DNA of 64,000 nucleotides from Octopus vulgaris (taxonomy: Eukaryota). Of this stretch, positions 43,038 to 56,635 are shown piece by piece. The first letter of the stretch is position 1, and each line of letters starts with the position of its first letter. The notes below the pieces were generated by a model. That model saw nothing but the letters and a program-made list of their open reading frames with translations, was not told the DNA's origin and searched no databases. The stretch spans positions 14,446,001 through 14,510,000 of the forward strand of contig OX597833.1 of assembly GCA_951406725.2 (NCBI GenBank), given 5' to 3'. The position numbers were made by a program, and so were the translations under genes.

Positions 43038-45232
43038 TTATATATGTATATAGGTGTATATAAATATATTTATATATATGTGTGTATGTATGAATATATA
43101 TATACATACATAGATAGGCATATGTATAGGTATATACATATGTATGTATGTATATATATGTGGGCGTAAACGCTACGGTGTGGTTAGAAGCTTGTTTCCC
43201 AACCTCGTGGTTATGAATGAATGTATGTATGTATGCATTTATCTATATGTACGTCTTTCTATGTATCAATCTATCTATGTATAAGCCTATATCTCTTCAT
43301 GTTACAGTGTATGTATGAGTTCATATATGTATTCATATATATACTGACATGTGTGTCTATATATACGCGTGTTTGTGTGCATATGTGTGCGCTTTCAGGT
43401 ATGCGTGTGTCCTTATGTAAAGATTTTTTGGTAATATGCAGCTATCCATGATATATAGATACATGTAAATGCATCTACACAAACCCACACTCGCATATAA
43501 ACACACACAATCCCACAATCCCATGCGCATAAGCACACAATCTCACGTACACACACTCACACATACCCACACACATATGTCTTACGTGCGCATACACCTA
43601 TACTTGCCTGTAGTATCTCTACGATGCGAAAACTTCAAAAGTATGAATTACTTAATGAAACAACTCCCTACACACCTGAGCCATTTCTGCTTAATATTGG
43701 AGCCGTCTCTCAGCCAAATGGAAAGTAATGTTGAATAGCATTCGTTCCGGTATAGCTTTCACCAATGCTTCCATGCTTTACTGAATCTTCATCAATAGAG
43801 AAATTACGTTATTCCAATAGTAATGTCAATTTTTCTGCCTCTCTATGACAGAGGTTGTTTTCGCTCTTTTGTCTGTGTTTTTAAAAGTGTTGTATTTTCT
43901 GTATGAATTTGTGCGCGTTTGAATTATACGGATGTCTGTACCTGTGTTTGTGTTTGTGCGTGTTTGTATATTTTATTAATGCATCTCACCTGAATGAGTG
44001 TCATATGTCAATGTTTCTCTTTATGATCTACTTGGGTTGACGAGAGATTCGTACATTACTGTAACTATTTACCACTATGTGGGCTGGGTCTTTGGATAGT
44101 TAAATGTGTTTGTCTCGAACACACTGTACATTTGGTTATATTATACGACTTGCGGATCGTAACGTTTGCGTTTTATGGTAGCGATATATCCCTTGTCCTT
44201 TTCTTCTAAAATACATAACGGAATAAAACATGCAAAAATAATTGAGTAATAGTTGAAGCCAAAACGGTACCTTGTCAACTGTTAGACAAACGTTTTTGAA
44301 ATTAGGCAAAAAGAAAAAAAAAAAAGAACCCGTAAAACGAAAGGTAAACGAAAGATTTCCTCGGGGAAATCAGCAAATATCAGTTAAAATAAATGATCTA
44401 AAAGATACGATGAAGATTGCTCTTGAAGGAAAGGAAATTGTTTGGCAAAGAAGTCAAATAACGTGTCCATTAACTTTCGTTTGGAAAAAGCTGAGTGCTA
44501 GTAAAAAAATAATAAAAAGATATGGCACACAATTTAGAACATAAAATTTACAGGAACATCTAAAAGAAAAAAGATAGTCATTCGAACACTAGAGAAAAAT
44601 GCTGTTTATCAAGCAACGATGAATATTTCCGGAAATTTAGCGGCATGATAAAATCTGTGTGTATCGGTTAATAGCTTTTTAAAATATTATACAGAAGCGT
44701 TGGGAATCTCTTTAAAGATGCAGGTCAGTTTTAAATGTAATTCCTTTAAAATTATTGACTTCTAACATTAGCGCAGCAGAACCATAATTGTTAGTGGAAG
44801 CTGCCGTTAATTAAGTTGACTCGTGAACCAGTAATCATTTGATTGAACCCCAAAATATGAAAGGCAAAGTTGAATGCGGCCTGACTTGAACTCAAATCAT
44901 AAAGGAATACAGCCAGACGTGACAAAGCATTTTATTTGTCCCCCTGCCACTTTTGCCGTCCATGTTCCTTCGTTATTAACATACTAATTTCATTCAGTGA
45001 CAACATTAGTTGCAGAGATAAGCTTCCATAACGCAGAGATAATGAAGCCGTTTTAAAACAAGTTTAAATGAATTTCATTTGAATTTTACCTTAATTGAAT
45101 TGGAGAATAGCGTCCTTATTGTTTTTCTAAATAAAAGAGCTTCGAATCTGGCCAGAATCGAAACACTCTTAATTAATTAAATAAGCGGATAACAGAACAT
45201 TGTCAATAAGATATCGAAGTGATGCCTAAATA

Positions 45233-45427
45233 CACTCTTTTACTTGTTTCAGTCATTTGACTGCGGCCATGCTGGAGCACCGCCTTTAGTCGAGCGAATC
45301 GACCCCAGGACTTATTCTTTGTAAGCCCAGTACTTATTCTATCGGTCTCTTTTGCCGAACCGCTAAGTGACGGGGACGTAAACACACCAGCATCGGTTGT
45401 CAAGCAATGCTACAGGGACAAACACAG

Positions 45428-45460
<33 letters not shown>

Positions 45461-45632
45461 CATATATACAACAGGCTTCTTTCAGTATCCGTCTACCAAA
45501 TCCACTCACAAGGCATTGGTCGACCCGAGGCTATAGCAGAAGACACTTGCCCAAGATGCCACGCAGTGGGACTGAACCCGTAACCATGTGGTTGATTAGC
45601 AAGCTACTTACCACACAGCCACTCCTGCACCT
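45233..45632 (-). mobile_element. SINE A, full length
   Basis: Reverse-complement match. Confidence 0.9.
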
Positions 45633-45900
45633 ATATATCTATTTCCGTATATTTACGTACAGTATTTAGATTGTATGAGCGTTTACTTAGCGTACCAAAT
45701 ATATTTGAACGATATACGATAAATGTGAGGCATTTACTCAGGTTTTATAATCAAGATAAAAGTTTGAATGTACACCCAGACACTGTTACAGAACAATCCT
45801 TTGTATAAGTGAGTTCAAATGCCGCTGTTATGTGTTTGTGATTATTATGGCCACTACCATCCCGGGTCAGCAAGAAGATTTTATCTTTTCATGTATATTC

Positions 45901-45986
<86 letters not shown>

Positions 45987-46129
45987 GTATATGTATATAT
46001 ATATATGTATATGTATATATATATATATGTATATGTATATATATATATGTATATGTATATATATATATGTATATGTATATATATATGTATATGTATATAT
46101 ATGTATATGTATATATATATATGTATATG

Positions 46130-46163
<34 letters not shown>

Positions 46164-46173
46164 TGTATATGTA

Positions 46174-46212
<39 letters not shown>

Positions 46213-46244
46213 GTATATATGTATATGCATATATATATATATAT

Positions 46245-46318
<74 letters not shown>

Positions 46319-46346
46319 ATATATGTATATATATATATATATATAT

Positions 46347-46565
46347 AAAGTTAATCCAAACATGAAAATAAAAAGAGAAAACAAAACGCGAGGACGTGGA
46401 ACAAATATAGTATTATTGGACGCTCAGGAAGGAAGGGAAGATAGGGGGGGGGGGGTTAACGTTTCGAGCGGAGCTCTTCGTCAGAAACATAGGAAAAGGA
46501 AAGATCCAATGAAGACAAGACGGAGAAAAAAATTGCCAACGGTACACACGCGGTCACATTTTGAA
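46347..46565 (-). mobile_element. Family D copy 3 (HHR 46455-46488)
   Basis: Minus strand GTTT-CTGACGA-A-GAGC tcc GCTC-GAAA-CG-TT-AAC; (TA)n on both sides. Confidence 0.85.
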
Positions 46566-46599
46566 TATATATATATATATATTTGATGTACGTATGTAT

Positions 46600-47008
46600 A
46601 GGCGCAGGAGTGTGCGGTAAGTAGATTGCTTACTAACCACATGGTTCAGGGTTCAGTACCACTGCGTGTCACATTCGGCAAGTATCTTCTACTATAGCCC
46701 CAGGCTGACCAAGGCCTTGTGAGTGGATTTGGTAGACGGAAACTAAAAGAAGCCCGACATGTATATATATATATATGTATGTATGTATGTATTTGTGTGT
46801 ATCTGTTTGTGTGTCTACGTTTGTTCCCCCAACATCGATTGACAACCGATGCTGGTGTGTTCACGTGTTTAGCGGTTCGGCAAAAGGGACCGATAGAATA
46901 AGTACTAGGCTTACAAAGAATAAGTCATGGTGTCGATTTGTTCAGCCAAAAGCGGTGCTCCAGCATGACCGCAGTCAAATGTCTGAAACAAATAAAAGAA
47001 TAAAAGAA
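46600..47008 (+). mobile_element. SINE A, full length
   Basis: Colinear match. Confidence 0.88.
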
Positions 47009-47027
47009 CAAAAGAATATAATTATTA

Positions 47028-47074
<47 letters not shown>

Positions 47075-47092
47075 ATATATACATATATATAC

Positions 47093-47198
<106 letters not shown>

Positions 47199-47231
47199 TC
47201 TAAAATTAACCAGTATTATATATACATATAC

Positions 47232-47290
<59 letters not shown>

Positions 47291-47781
47291 ACTGGTTAAT
47301 ATTCGTGTCACAAAAATGATATTAAATAGAATATAGTAAGTGAATATATATTTCATGTACTGTTGTACCCTACACACGGCTAATTCTGCTTTAAAAGTAT
47401 TCATGCCACCTTTAATTAGACAGTGTTTTTTCTAGCTTTATTCGACCTTTGCTTCCTCAGTCAATTTGCAACTCGTTCAATTCACACAACACTTTTAATT
47501 AATTATTCATATCTTTTTCTACTTCCACCACAAGATATATTGTAAGTTTTGTTATGCAATTCTTAATCATTAATTATTCACATAGCTTTTCTTTACATAA
47601 GCTTCCTTTCCTTAAACTTCTCTCGCTTTTCTCAATTAATATTTTAAGACTGCAATAGAATGCCGACTTCAGCAGTTTTGGGCCTGTGATGTCTCTTCAT
47701 GCACATTTCTCTTTCCTATGTTGCTCTTCCTGAATAAAAATTTGAAACAACTCTAATTATGCAAACATTGCCGATGTCAAA

Positions 47782-48167
47782 TCTCTCTCTATGTAAACGG
47801 CAGTTTATCTGTCTGTGTGTCTGTGTGTCTGTCAGGTTCTACCCTCACCCTGACCACGGCTTTCAACCGATTTTGATGAAACTTGACACACACATAGCCC
47901 AATGTTCATAATTCAAAACTAACGCAGCGAAAATTTTGAAAAGTTCCCCCAGTTCTGAAAAAAATCGATAAATTCGACATGGGGTCGAGAATCAGAAACA
48001 CAAACCACAGACTGTCTAGGGGACGCAACTCGACCTTTTTTACTCTCAAAAAATAATTTACCATAATTTTTTTTCCATTTCTTTGCTATTTTTTGGCTAT
48101 AACTCTCTAAAAATGCTTTATAGTTATTTCCCTTACATACCCGAGCAACGCCGGGCGATACTGCTAG
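47782..48167 (+). mobile_element. Helitron H1
   Basis: TC...hairpin...CTAG; homolog of 9778-10146. Confidence 0.85.
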
Positions 48168-48552
48168 TCTTTATATATAAAAGTGAAGTTGTGTGTCTGT
48201 CTCCTACGATTTAGATTCCTAACTACCCCCACATTTTGCGGTGCAGTGTAACCAAAACCGGGTATCTTATAGTCGTGATTCATATCGAGCCCTTCTGGGT
48301 ATTAGCGCGCGTCTACGGTGAGTGTACGATTAAAAAAAAAAATTACCATCATTTTTTCCCATTTTAATGCATTTTTATCGCTATTATATAAGGGAAGTAA
48401 CTCTCTAAAAATTTATTATTAAATCTCAGAACGTAAAAAGCTACAGTAACAATATGGTTAGCCATATTGAGATGGCCATTATACTTTACATCTCTAAAAA
48501 TTATATAGTTATTTCCCTTACAAATCCGAGCAACGCCGGGCGATACTGCTAG
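48168..48552 (+). mobile_element. Helitron H2 fused head-to-tail to H1
   Basis: Junction CTAG|TCTTTATATATAAAAG; same 3' hairpin and CTAG. Confidence 0.85.
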
Positions 48553-49261
48553 TACTAAATATATTTGCTTTTGTGCTTATTAGCTGCGGAATTCGTCCAG
48601 GGAAAAGTACCTTTAAGACGCCGAGCGTTAGACAGCAGAGAACATCTCAAAACCAGACGAAAACATTCCCATCGGGTCATATTGCTATTTCGCTGGTATT
48701 TCATCAGATCACAGTCCTATACCCAAATCACCTCGAAAGATTTCCTATTTTTCTATATTTGAGCGGCGCCGTTGCACATTACCAGAAAGATGTTTACCCA
48801 TAGGCGTAGGAGTGGGTGTGTGGTAAGTAGCTTGCTTACGAACCACATGATTCCGAGTTCAGTCCCACTGCGTGGCACCTTGGGCAAGTGTCTTATACTA
48901 TAGCCTCGGGCCGACCAGAACTTGTGAGCGGATTTAGTAGACGGACACTGAAAGAAGACCATCGTGTATATATATATATATATATATTTATATATGTATA
49001 TATGAATGTATGTATGTATGTATGTATGTATGTATGTATGTATGTATGTATGTTTGTATGCATGTATGTATGTATGTATATCTGTGTATATATATAAATA
49101 TATATATATATACATATGTATATGCGAGCGTGCTTGTGTGTGGGTCTCTACACGCACATATGTATAAGTATATATGTATATGTATATATATTCAAGGTGA
49201 ATACTTGATAAATGTAAGCACCTGTAAATGCCAGCTAGTGGCAGAGGTGAGAGAATATATG

Positions 49262-49604
49262 TATCAAATGAAATAAATGAAAAACAGGACACAAAGGATG
49301 TTGCAGTACACATGTTTCGAGCTTTATAAGACAACTTATTCTTACATCAATGTATAATCGACATAACAGATGGTTTAAAGCTCTCTTCAGCCGCATGCAA
49401 TTTGGTATTATAGATAATACGAAATGTTCCTTTTCGGACTTTTGATAATGTGATACAGGTCTTTGGTATAGTAATTGCATGCGGCTGAAAAAAGCTTTAA
49501 ACCATCTGTTATGTCGATTATACATTGATGTAGGAATAAGTTGTTTTATAAAGCTTGAAACACGTGTACCGCGACATCCTTTGTGTTCTGTTTTTTATTT
49601 CATT

Positions 49605-49609
<5 letters not shown>
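49262..49609. mobile_element. PLE-like fold-back insertion with long-loop HHRs (- 49302-49395, + 49480-49573)
   Basis: Arms 49262-49402 / 49473-49609. Minus copy: TGCGG-CTGAAGA-GAGCTTTA..~50 nt..TAAAGCTC-GAAA-CATGTG-TA-CTGCA. Confidence 0.8.
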
Positions 49610-49639
<30 letters not shown>

Positions 49640-50539
49640 GATATATGTATGTAAGTATGTATGAATGTACCTTTACTCTTTTACCTTTTAATCGTAACTA
49701 TTCTGGAATATGATTATATTCTTTAATTAAATGAAATGCTTTTTGAGCGATGCCAAATGTTTTGCTTATTCATTTTCTATTCTGAAACCATTTCTATACC
49801 CCTTTCATGGGAATTTTCAGCACCACATTTATTGGTTGTACTTGAAGCCAGAGTTTTTGTGTTAAACCAATATTTGATTTGTGTTTTGAGTTCATAGTTT
49901 AATATTTTCATTACACCAGCACGAAATAATATTTTTGATAAATTTTTCATTATATTTCGTTTTTCCAAATTACTCCATTTTCATGACACTCGACCCACAT
50001 TATGCCTCACCATATTTCCAAATCCGTAGAGATTGTTAACTTATATGAGAATTTATGTTAGCATTCAGCCTCAAGGAAATTAATTCATATATCAGCGGGA
50101 CATTGCTTTGCATCTTATTTTGATTTTGCAAGTCAATTCTTCATAATTTATGAAATAGATTTAATTTTCTTATTTCTCGTTACATTAATTTAGTCTGTTC
50201 TAAATTTCCAACTTACCACGAAGAATTGCTCTCACTTCTGGCAGAGTCTTTAATATATCATTTAAGCCATCTCTTCTATTGAACGTTCTCATAACCCAAT
50301 ATTCTAAATTAAGACGTTCTCCGCATATGTGTATGTGTATGTATGCCTTTGAGAATACATATACATGTGTAGGAGGCGTAGGAGTGGCTGTGGTAAGTAG
50401 CTTGCTTACGAATTACATGGTTCCGGGTTCAGTTCCACTGCGTGGCACCTTGGACAAGTGTCTTCTACTATAGCATCGGGCCAACCAAAGTCTTGTGATT
50501 GGATTTGGTAGACAGAAACTGAAAGAAGCCCGTGGTATG

Positions 50540-50590
<51 letters not shown>

Positions 50591-50592
<2 letters not shown>

Positions 50593-50766
50593 TTAGCTAC
50601 TACACGTATTTTTTCTCTCCTTGTTTTTTTCTGTGTATCTTTCTGTCGAAGAGCGTAGGCTCGAAACGTAAAAGACTTTTTCTATTCCTGAACGCTATAC
50701 TAATACATTTGTTTGTTTGTACTCCACCTGCCTTCGTCGTTTGTTTATTTTCGTAAAGTTTCCCTT

Positions 50767-50768
<2 letters not shown>
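50591..50768 (+). mobile_element. Family-D-like short element in (TA)n with HHR motif 50638-50675
   Basis: TCTTT-CTGTCGA-A-GAGC gtag GCTC-GAAA-CG-TA-AAAGA; core A6 is replaced by U. Confidence 0.7.
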
Positions 50769-50840
<72 letters not shown>

Positions 50841-51112
50841 GTATGTGTGTACGTGTGTGTGTGTGCATGCATGTATGTGTTCTGTGTTATGCCTTGTCAC
50901 AGGCAATCCGTATCAATGCAGGACATGGTTATCACTCCATGAGGTATTTTCCAATGTGAATACCCACATACCTTGTAGTACATCAGAGACACGGACTGTA
51001 GACGACTTCACATTAATTGTGAACTTCCAATTTCTAGATTAAAGCCGTGAGACAATCGTTTTTCTTTCTTCAACACAATACACGAGAAATATAAATACAA
51101 ATAAATATACAT

Positions 51113-51523
51113 AGGCGCAGGAGTGGCTGTGTGGTAAGTAGCTTGCTAACCAACCACATGGTTCCGGGTTCAGTCCCACTGCGTGGCATCTTGGGCAAGT
51201 GTCTTCTGCTGTAGCCCCGGGCCGACCAATGCCTTGTGAGTGGATTTGGTAGACGGAAACTGAAAGAAGCCTGTCGTATATATGTATATATATATATATA
51301 TGCGTGTGTGTGTTTGTGTGTCTGTGTTTGTCCCCCTAGCATTGCTTGACAACCGATGCTGGTGTGTTTACGTACCCGTCACTTAGCGGTTCGTCAAAAG
51401 AGACCGATAGAATAAGTACTGGGCTTCCAAATAATAAATCCCGGGGTTGATTTGCTCGACTAAAGGCGGTGCTCCAGCATGGCGGCAGTCAAATGACTGA
51501 AACGGGTAAAAGAGTAAAAGAGT
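51113..51523 (+). mobile_element. SINE A, full length (5' halves also at 48802-48965 and 50374-50535)
   Basis: Colinear match. Confidence 0.9.
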
Positions 51524-51889
51524 ATACATATCTGTAGAAAACATATTCGCACGTCCACAGAAAAATATTTCAACTTATACATCAAATTAATACTTTTTCA
51601 CGACAAACACGTATATATTATCAAAACAGCTCTGCATAAGATGCTATTCTGATAATGTTATTTTATCTATTAGTTCATACTTGAATATGAGGATAAAACC
51701 ACGTTAATCACGCCTATAATCCCTGTTTATCTTTGGAATTTTTCGCTAGTATTTCAATGCCTCGGCATTCAAGAATGTTGAAATAGGTCATTCTCTTCAC
51801 CCTTGCTCATTTAATTTACTGGTATATATATATATATATATATATATACGTACTTAAATTGTGATTTTATATATATCTATATATATATA

Positions 51890-52115
51890 CTTTATTTTAA
51901 GCAGCAGAAAATTCAACAAAATCTGTTACTCTGAGTTTCTCGTTGCCGTTCATCAGACAGTTTTTAGCAAAAACTGTCTGATGAACGGCAACGAGAAACT
52001 CAGAGTAACAGATTTTGTTGAATTTTCTGCTGCTTAAAATAAAGCATATTACTCTACCACTGGTATTTGAGTAGTCTTTTTTCCACCTTGTTTCACATTT
52101 ATGTGTTTACTCCGG
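51890..52115. mobile_element. PLE-like fold-back insertion with canonical-core HHRs (- 51923-51960, + 51974-52011)
   Basis: Perfect 76-bp arms 51890-51965 / 51969-52044, spacer AGC, ~70-nt tail; CTGT-CTGATGA-aCG gcaa CGa-GAAA-CTCAGAG-TA-ACAG. Confidence 0.85.
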
Positions 52116-52148
52116 TATATATATATATATATATACGTATATTAAATT

Positions 52149-52253
<105 letters not shown>

Positions 52254-52390
52254 CTATGTAAATTAAGAGTATTGCTGTCTGGGAGATATCTTATGGTAGA
52301 GGAATAGTATTTAACTGCTATTTCTAAATTTCGGCATGTGGTGAAGCATTATGCTGAACCCTAATTATAATTATGCTTATAACTACAGAA

Positions 52391-52437
<47 letters not shown>

Positions 52438-52441
<4 letters not shown>

Positions 52442-53745
52442 AGGGTAAATAATATCTTTAATGGTTTTTAAAAAACCAACAATTATTTACTGGTAGAATT
52501 CGGTATGTAAATATAACCAATGAACGGTAGGAACTTCTGTAAGTTCAGTATATATATATTGTATATAAATAAAAGGGGCAGGCAACAGGTTGCTTGGCCG
52601 CATACTGAAAAATTAGAAATAGCAGTCAAGACTGTTTATTTCTACTTTCTACAAATGGGACTCCACATACGACATATCCCTGTAATTCACATATGCAAAA
52701 CAGAAGGAATAAATAACGAAAACGAAGTCTGGCGGTCATTTGCGAACATGTTTCTAGATTAGAAATATATTGAATATATATTTCATATATATTACAAATA
52801 TATTTCATATCTTTCATCAGCGCAACTCTCCATTAAAATAGATTTATCAAATGCTACGTACCTCGAACTTTCTGACCATGCAACATCAAAAGAGTTGAAG
52901 AAAGTGAGCATAGGCTAAACCTAAATAGACAGTTGAATTCGTAAATTTTCCCTCCAAAATTTTACCATGCGCATTACAAAAATAGTTCCTTAGAGGTAGA
53001 AACTATGGGTTGTCGTAAGGGAGGGAAAATTCCAATTAGTAATATAATAATAAGGGTAAATAATATCTTTAATGGTTTTTAAAAAAACCAACAATTATTT
53101 ACTGGTAGAATTCGGTATGTAAATATAACCAATTAACGGTAGGAACTTCTGTAAGTTCAGTATATATATCTTTATATATAAAAGTCAAGTTGTGTGTCTG
53201 TCTCCTACGACTTAGATTCCTAACTACTCCCACATTTTGCGGTGCAGTTTAACCAAAACCGGGTATCTTATAGTCGTGATTCATATCGAGCCCTTCTGGC
53301 TATTAGCGCGCGTCTACGATGAGTCTACGATTAAAAAAAAAATTACCATAATTTTTTTTTCCATTTTAATGCATTTTTTCGCTATTATATAAGGGAAGTA
53401 ACTCTCTAAAAGTGTCTACGATGAGTCAACGATTTAAAAAAAAATTTACCATCATTTCTTTTCCACTTTTAATGCATTTTTTTGCTATTTTTTGGCTATA
53501 ACTCTCTAAAAATGCTTATATAGTTATTTCCCTTACAAACCCGAGCAACGCCGGGTGATACTGCTAGTATTGTATATAAATAAAAGGGGCAGGCAACAGG
53601 TTGCTTGACCGCATACCGAAAAATTAGAAATAGCAGTCAAGACTGTTTATTTCTATTTTCTACAAATGGGACTCCACAGACGACATATTCCTGTAATTTT
53701 TCGGTATGCGGCCAAGCAACCTGTTGCCTGCCCCTTTAATATATA
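52438..53745 (-). mobile_element. PLE-like partial-tandem element (610-bp period) with short terminal inversion and HHR 52740-52825
   Basis: 52438-52687 repeated at 53048-53697 (Helitron-interrupted); inverted piece about 53696-53745. Minus strand: TTGCG-CTGATGA-aAGAT..AT-rich loop..ATCTa-GAAA-CATG-TT-CGCAA. Confidence 0.8.
53169..53567 (+). mobile_element. Helitron H2 with its empty site visible in the paralogous repeat
   Basis: Empty site CAGTATATATATATTGT (52546-52562) versus filled CAGTATATATA|TC...CTAG|TATTGT; no TSD. Confidence 0.9.
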
Positions 53746-54771
53746 TATAGACCAAAAAGGGGTACGGGCGCCGCTATATATATGTATATGTAAAAAAATA
53801 CAAACTGGGACAGGAACGCAAAACATTTAGAAGACGATACAAAAAACATGGACGGGACATTCGAAGCCTTCAATCTTCAGTCAAGAACCGGATCATCTTT
53901 GCAATTTCGGCTGATTAATTTTGAGATTGCTCCGATCTGGCCAGCCCCAAAGGAAAATCTAAGCCAAGCGCATTAGATATGCACACCCCTACACCCGAAC
54001 ATCCCTACACCCGCACACTCTTGCACTATGCACTCCAACACCATGCATACTCCTACACCCGCACAAGCACATAATAAATCAACACAGACAATGTATACAC
54101 ACCCCACACACAAACACGCATACAGAAAAGATAACTATCGGCCACAAACATACAGTATGCATATGCACACTATTTTGACACAGGCGCACTTACGCACATA
54201 GACATGTGCACACACAACCTCAAAAAAACACACATCAACTGCTACAGAGAACACACACGTTACACACGGATACACACAATTTTAGGCGCTTGGAAGCGAA
54301 GCTTGTACAGGGCTGACAATAACTAATAATAAATTGCGAGAAAAAAAATCAATGAGTCAATAATCAGAAACACATTCAGCTCGCCAGACACACACATACA
54401 CACATGCGCGCACATACACACACATACAAACATACCCATACGCACACACAGACACACATACGCACACGCTCCCGCATGAACACACAAAGGGATTTTTTGT
54501 AGACATGTATGTAATGAGGTCAAATCAAATACTGATATTATGAATACATTTAATGTCTTAACTGAGGAAGGTATCGTGTAAGAGGCGAAATCCTTTGTTA
54601 ATAATAAAGAAATATTGTGAAACGAGCATATTAAATGCATTCAGATACCATTACTTGATTTGCGTTCTTATTTATACATTATACGACCCCTTACCAGTAA
54701 AAGCTAGCCAGTCTTTAAACAGTACATACAGATACCCAGACGGGTTTGGATCATGGTTTCTAAACAGAGTA

Positions 54772-54827
<56 letters not shown>

Positions 54828-54837
54828 GTATATATAT

Positions 54838-55063
54838 TTTACGGAGATGTACTTGCATAGCAAGTGATTTGATCTGAGATCGTGTGCTGAGATGCAGCAC
54901 GGATTTTTGTCAATGAACAGGTCGCGGTCTAATAGCGACGAAAATATTTTGACAAATTATAGCGACGAAATATTTTGACAAATTAAACTTAAATGTTGAA
55001 GCGAATCGAACGGCTTTTGTGTGTTTCTTAAATGGCTTACAAACACCTTCCACGCTGCAATTG

Positions 55064-55066
<3 letters not shown>
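54838..55066. mobile_element. Second copy of the 9252-9607 family (HHR + 54906-54956)
   Basis: TTTGTCA-ATGAACA-G-GTCGC ggtctaata GCGAC-GAAA-ATAT-TT-TGACAAA; same left and right ends as the 9.3-kb copy. Confidence 0.75.
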
Positions 55067-55096
<30 letters not shown>

Positions 55097-56060
55097 TTTT
55101 TTTGAATTGAAAACTATGCCACGGTTTATGAATTCTCATGACGTCGAAGATATATATATATCCATTTTCTTTGTACGACTGACTATGTTACTGCACAGAT
55201 TACGATTGTTTGGTGGTATTTTTTAATAAATATATTACAAAACGCAAAGCTATGCATCAAAATACATTTATATATATGCGTGCCATCTGAGAGTGTGTGT
55301 GTGTATGTGTGTGTGTGTGCGTACAGTTTATCGTGTGTCCTGGTCTTTACATTGTCAAATAAAATTCTGTGAAACAAGAAGTATTTCACTACAGCGCCGT
55401 CGTTGCCCGAAAACATCATGCAAAGATTTACGTTCTCGTATTTCGAGTTGGAAAGTTATTTTGAGGTTTTAGAGGAAAAGGGTGAAAAAATGATAGAATT
55501 GCAATCTAAGTTATATCAAACACAGAAACAGAAATATATTTTGACAAATAAATGGTAAACTTATATAAAACGAGATAAAATTATGTGGAGGGACAAGTAT
55601 AAAAAAACGTAAAAAATTCAGAAAATTTTTCGTTCTAAAATCAATATAATCTATATTTACATCACAGAAATCCGAAACTTTTTATAAAATTGAAAACTAA
55701 GGTACTGTTTTATAAGTGGTGTGCTTATAGCAAAATTTCCACACATCTATGTATTTATCTATATGTACCAGTTAGATATACTCCGCTCTATATATCTCTG
55801 GTGCTTATCCATCTGTCTCTATACCCTCGTATCAGCATTATATATTGCTAGCTTGCCAATAATCCAATAACGAATGGCATGACAAAACTTTAAACAATCC
55901 TTTGAAATCTCTACAGAAATTCGTATTCATGCAGAGGCGCATGCGTACTTACATATGTACATACGTACGTACATGCATACCTCTGAATGTATATATCTAC
56001 ATATATATGTGGTGTGTGTGTTGTGTGTATATATATATATATATATATAAACACACACAC

Positions 56061-56113
<53 letters not shown>

Positions 56114-56214
56114 TACATATATATATAGATCCGGGAATGCGATCATATATATATATATATATATATCTATGTATGTATACATGTATATGTAAACAATTAT
56201 ATCCTATATCGGAA

Positions 56215-56260
<46 letters not shown>

Positions 56261-56298
56261 GTGTGTGTGTGTGCAGGTGTGTGCATATGTATGTATAT

Positions 56299-56481
56299 AG
56301 GTGCAAGCGTGGCTGTCTGGTAAGAAGCTTGACTCCCAACCACAAGGTTTCGGGTTCAGTCTCACTGCGTGGCAGTTTCGGTAAGTGTCTTCTGCTATCG
56401 CCTCATGCCCAATAAAAGCTTTGTGAGTGGAATTGGTAGACGGAAACTCAAAGAAGCCCGTCGTATCTATCTATCTAATTG

Positions 56482-56578
<97 letters not shown>

Positions 56579-56597
56579 ATATCTATCTATCTATCTA

Positions 56598-56635
<38 letters not shown>

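Noticed and set aside
53895-53960. Minus-strand GGCTG...CAGCC-GAAA-TTGC, an HHR-like stem II plus GAAA
   Set aside because: The upstream sequence (CCTTTGG) does not fit the core; possibly a decayed PLE end, but not supportable.
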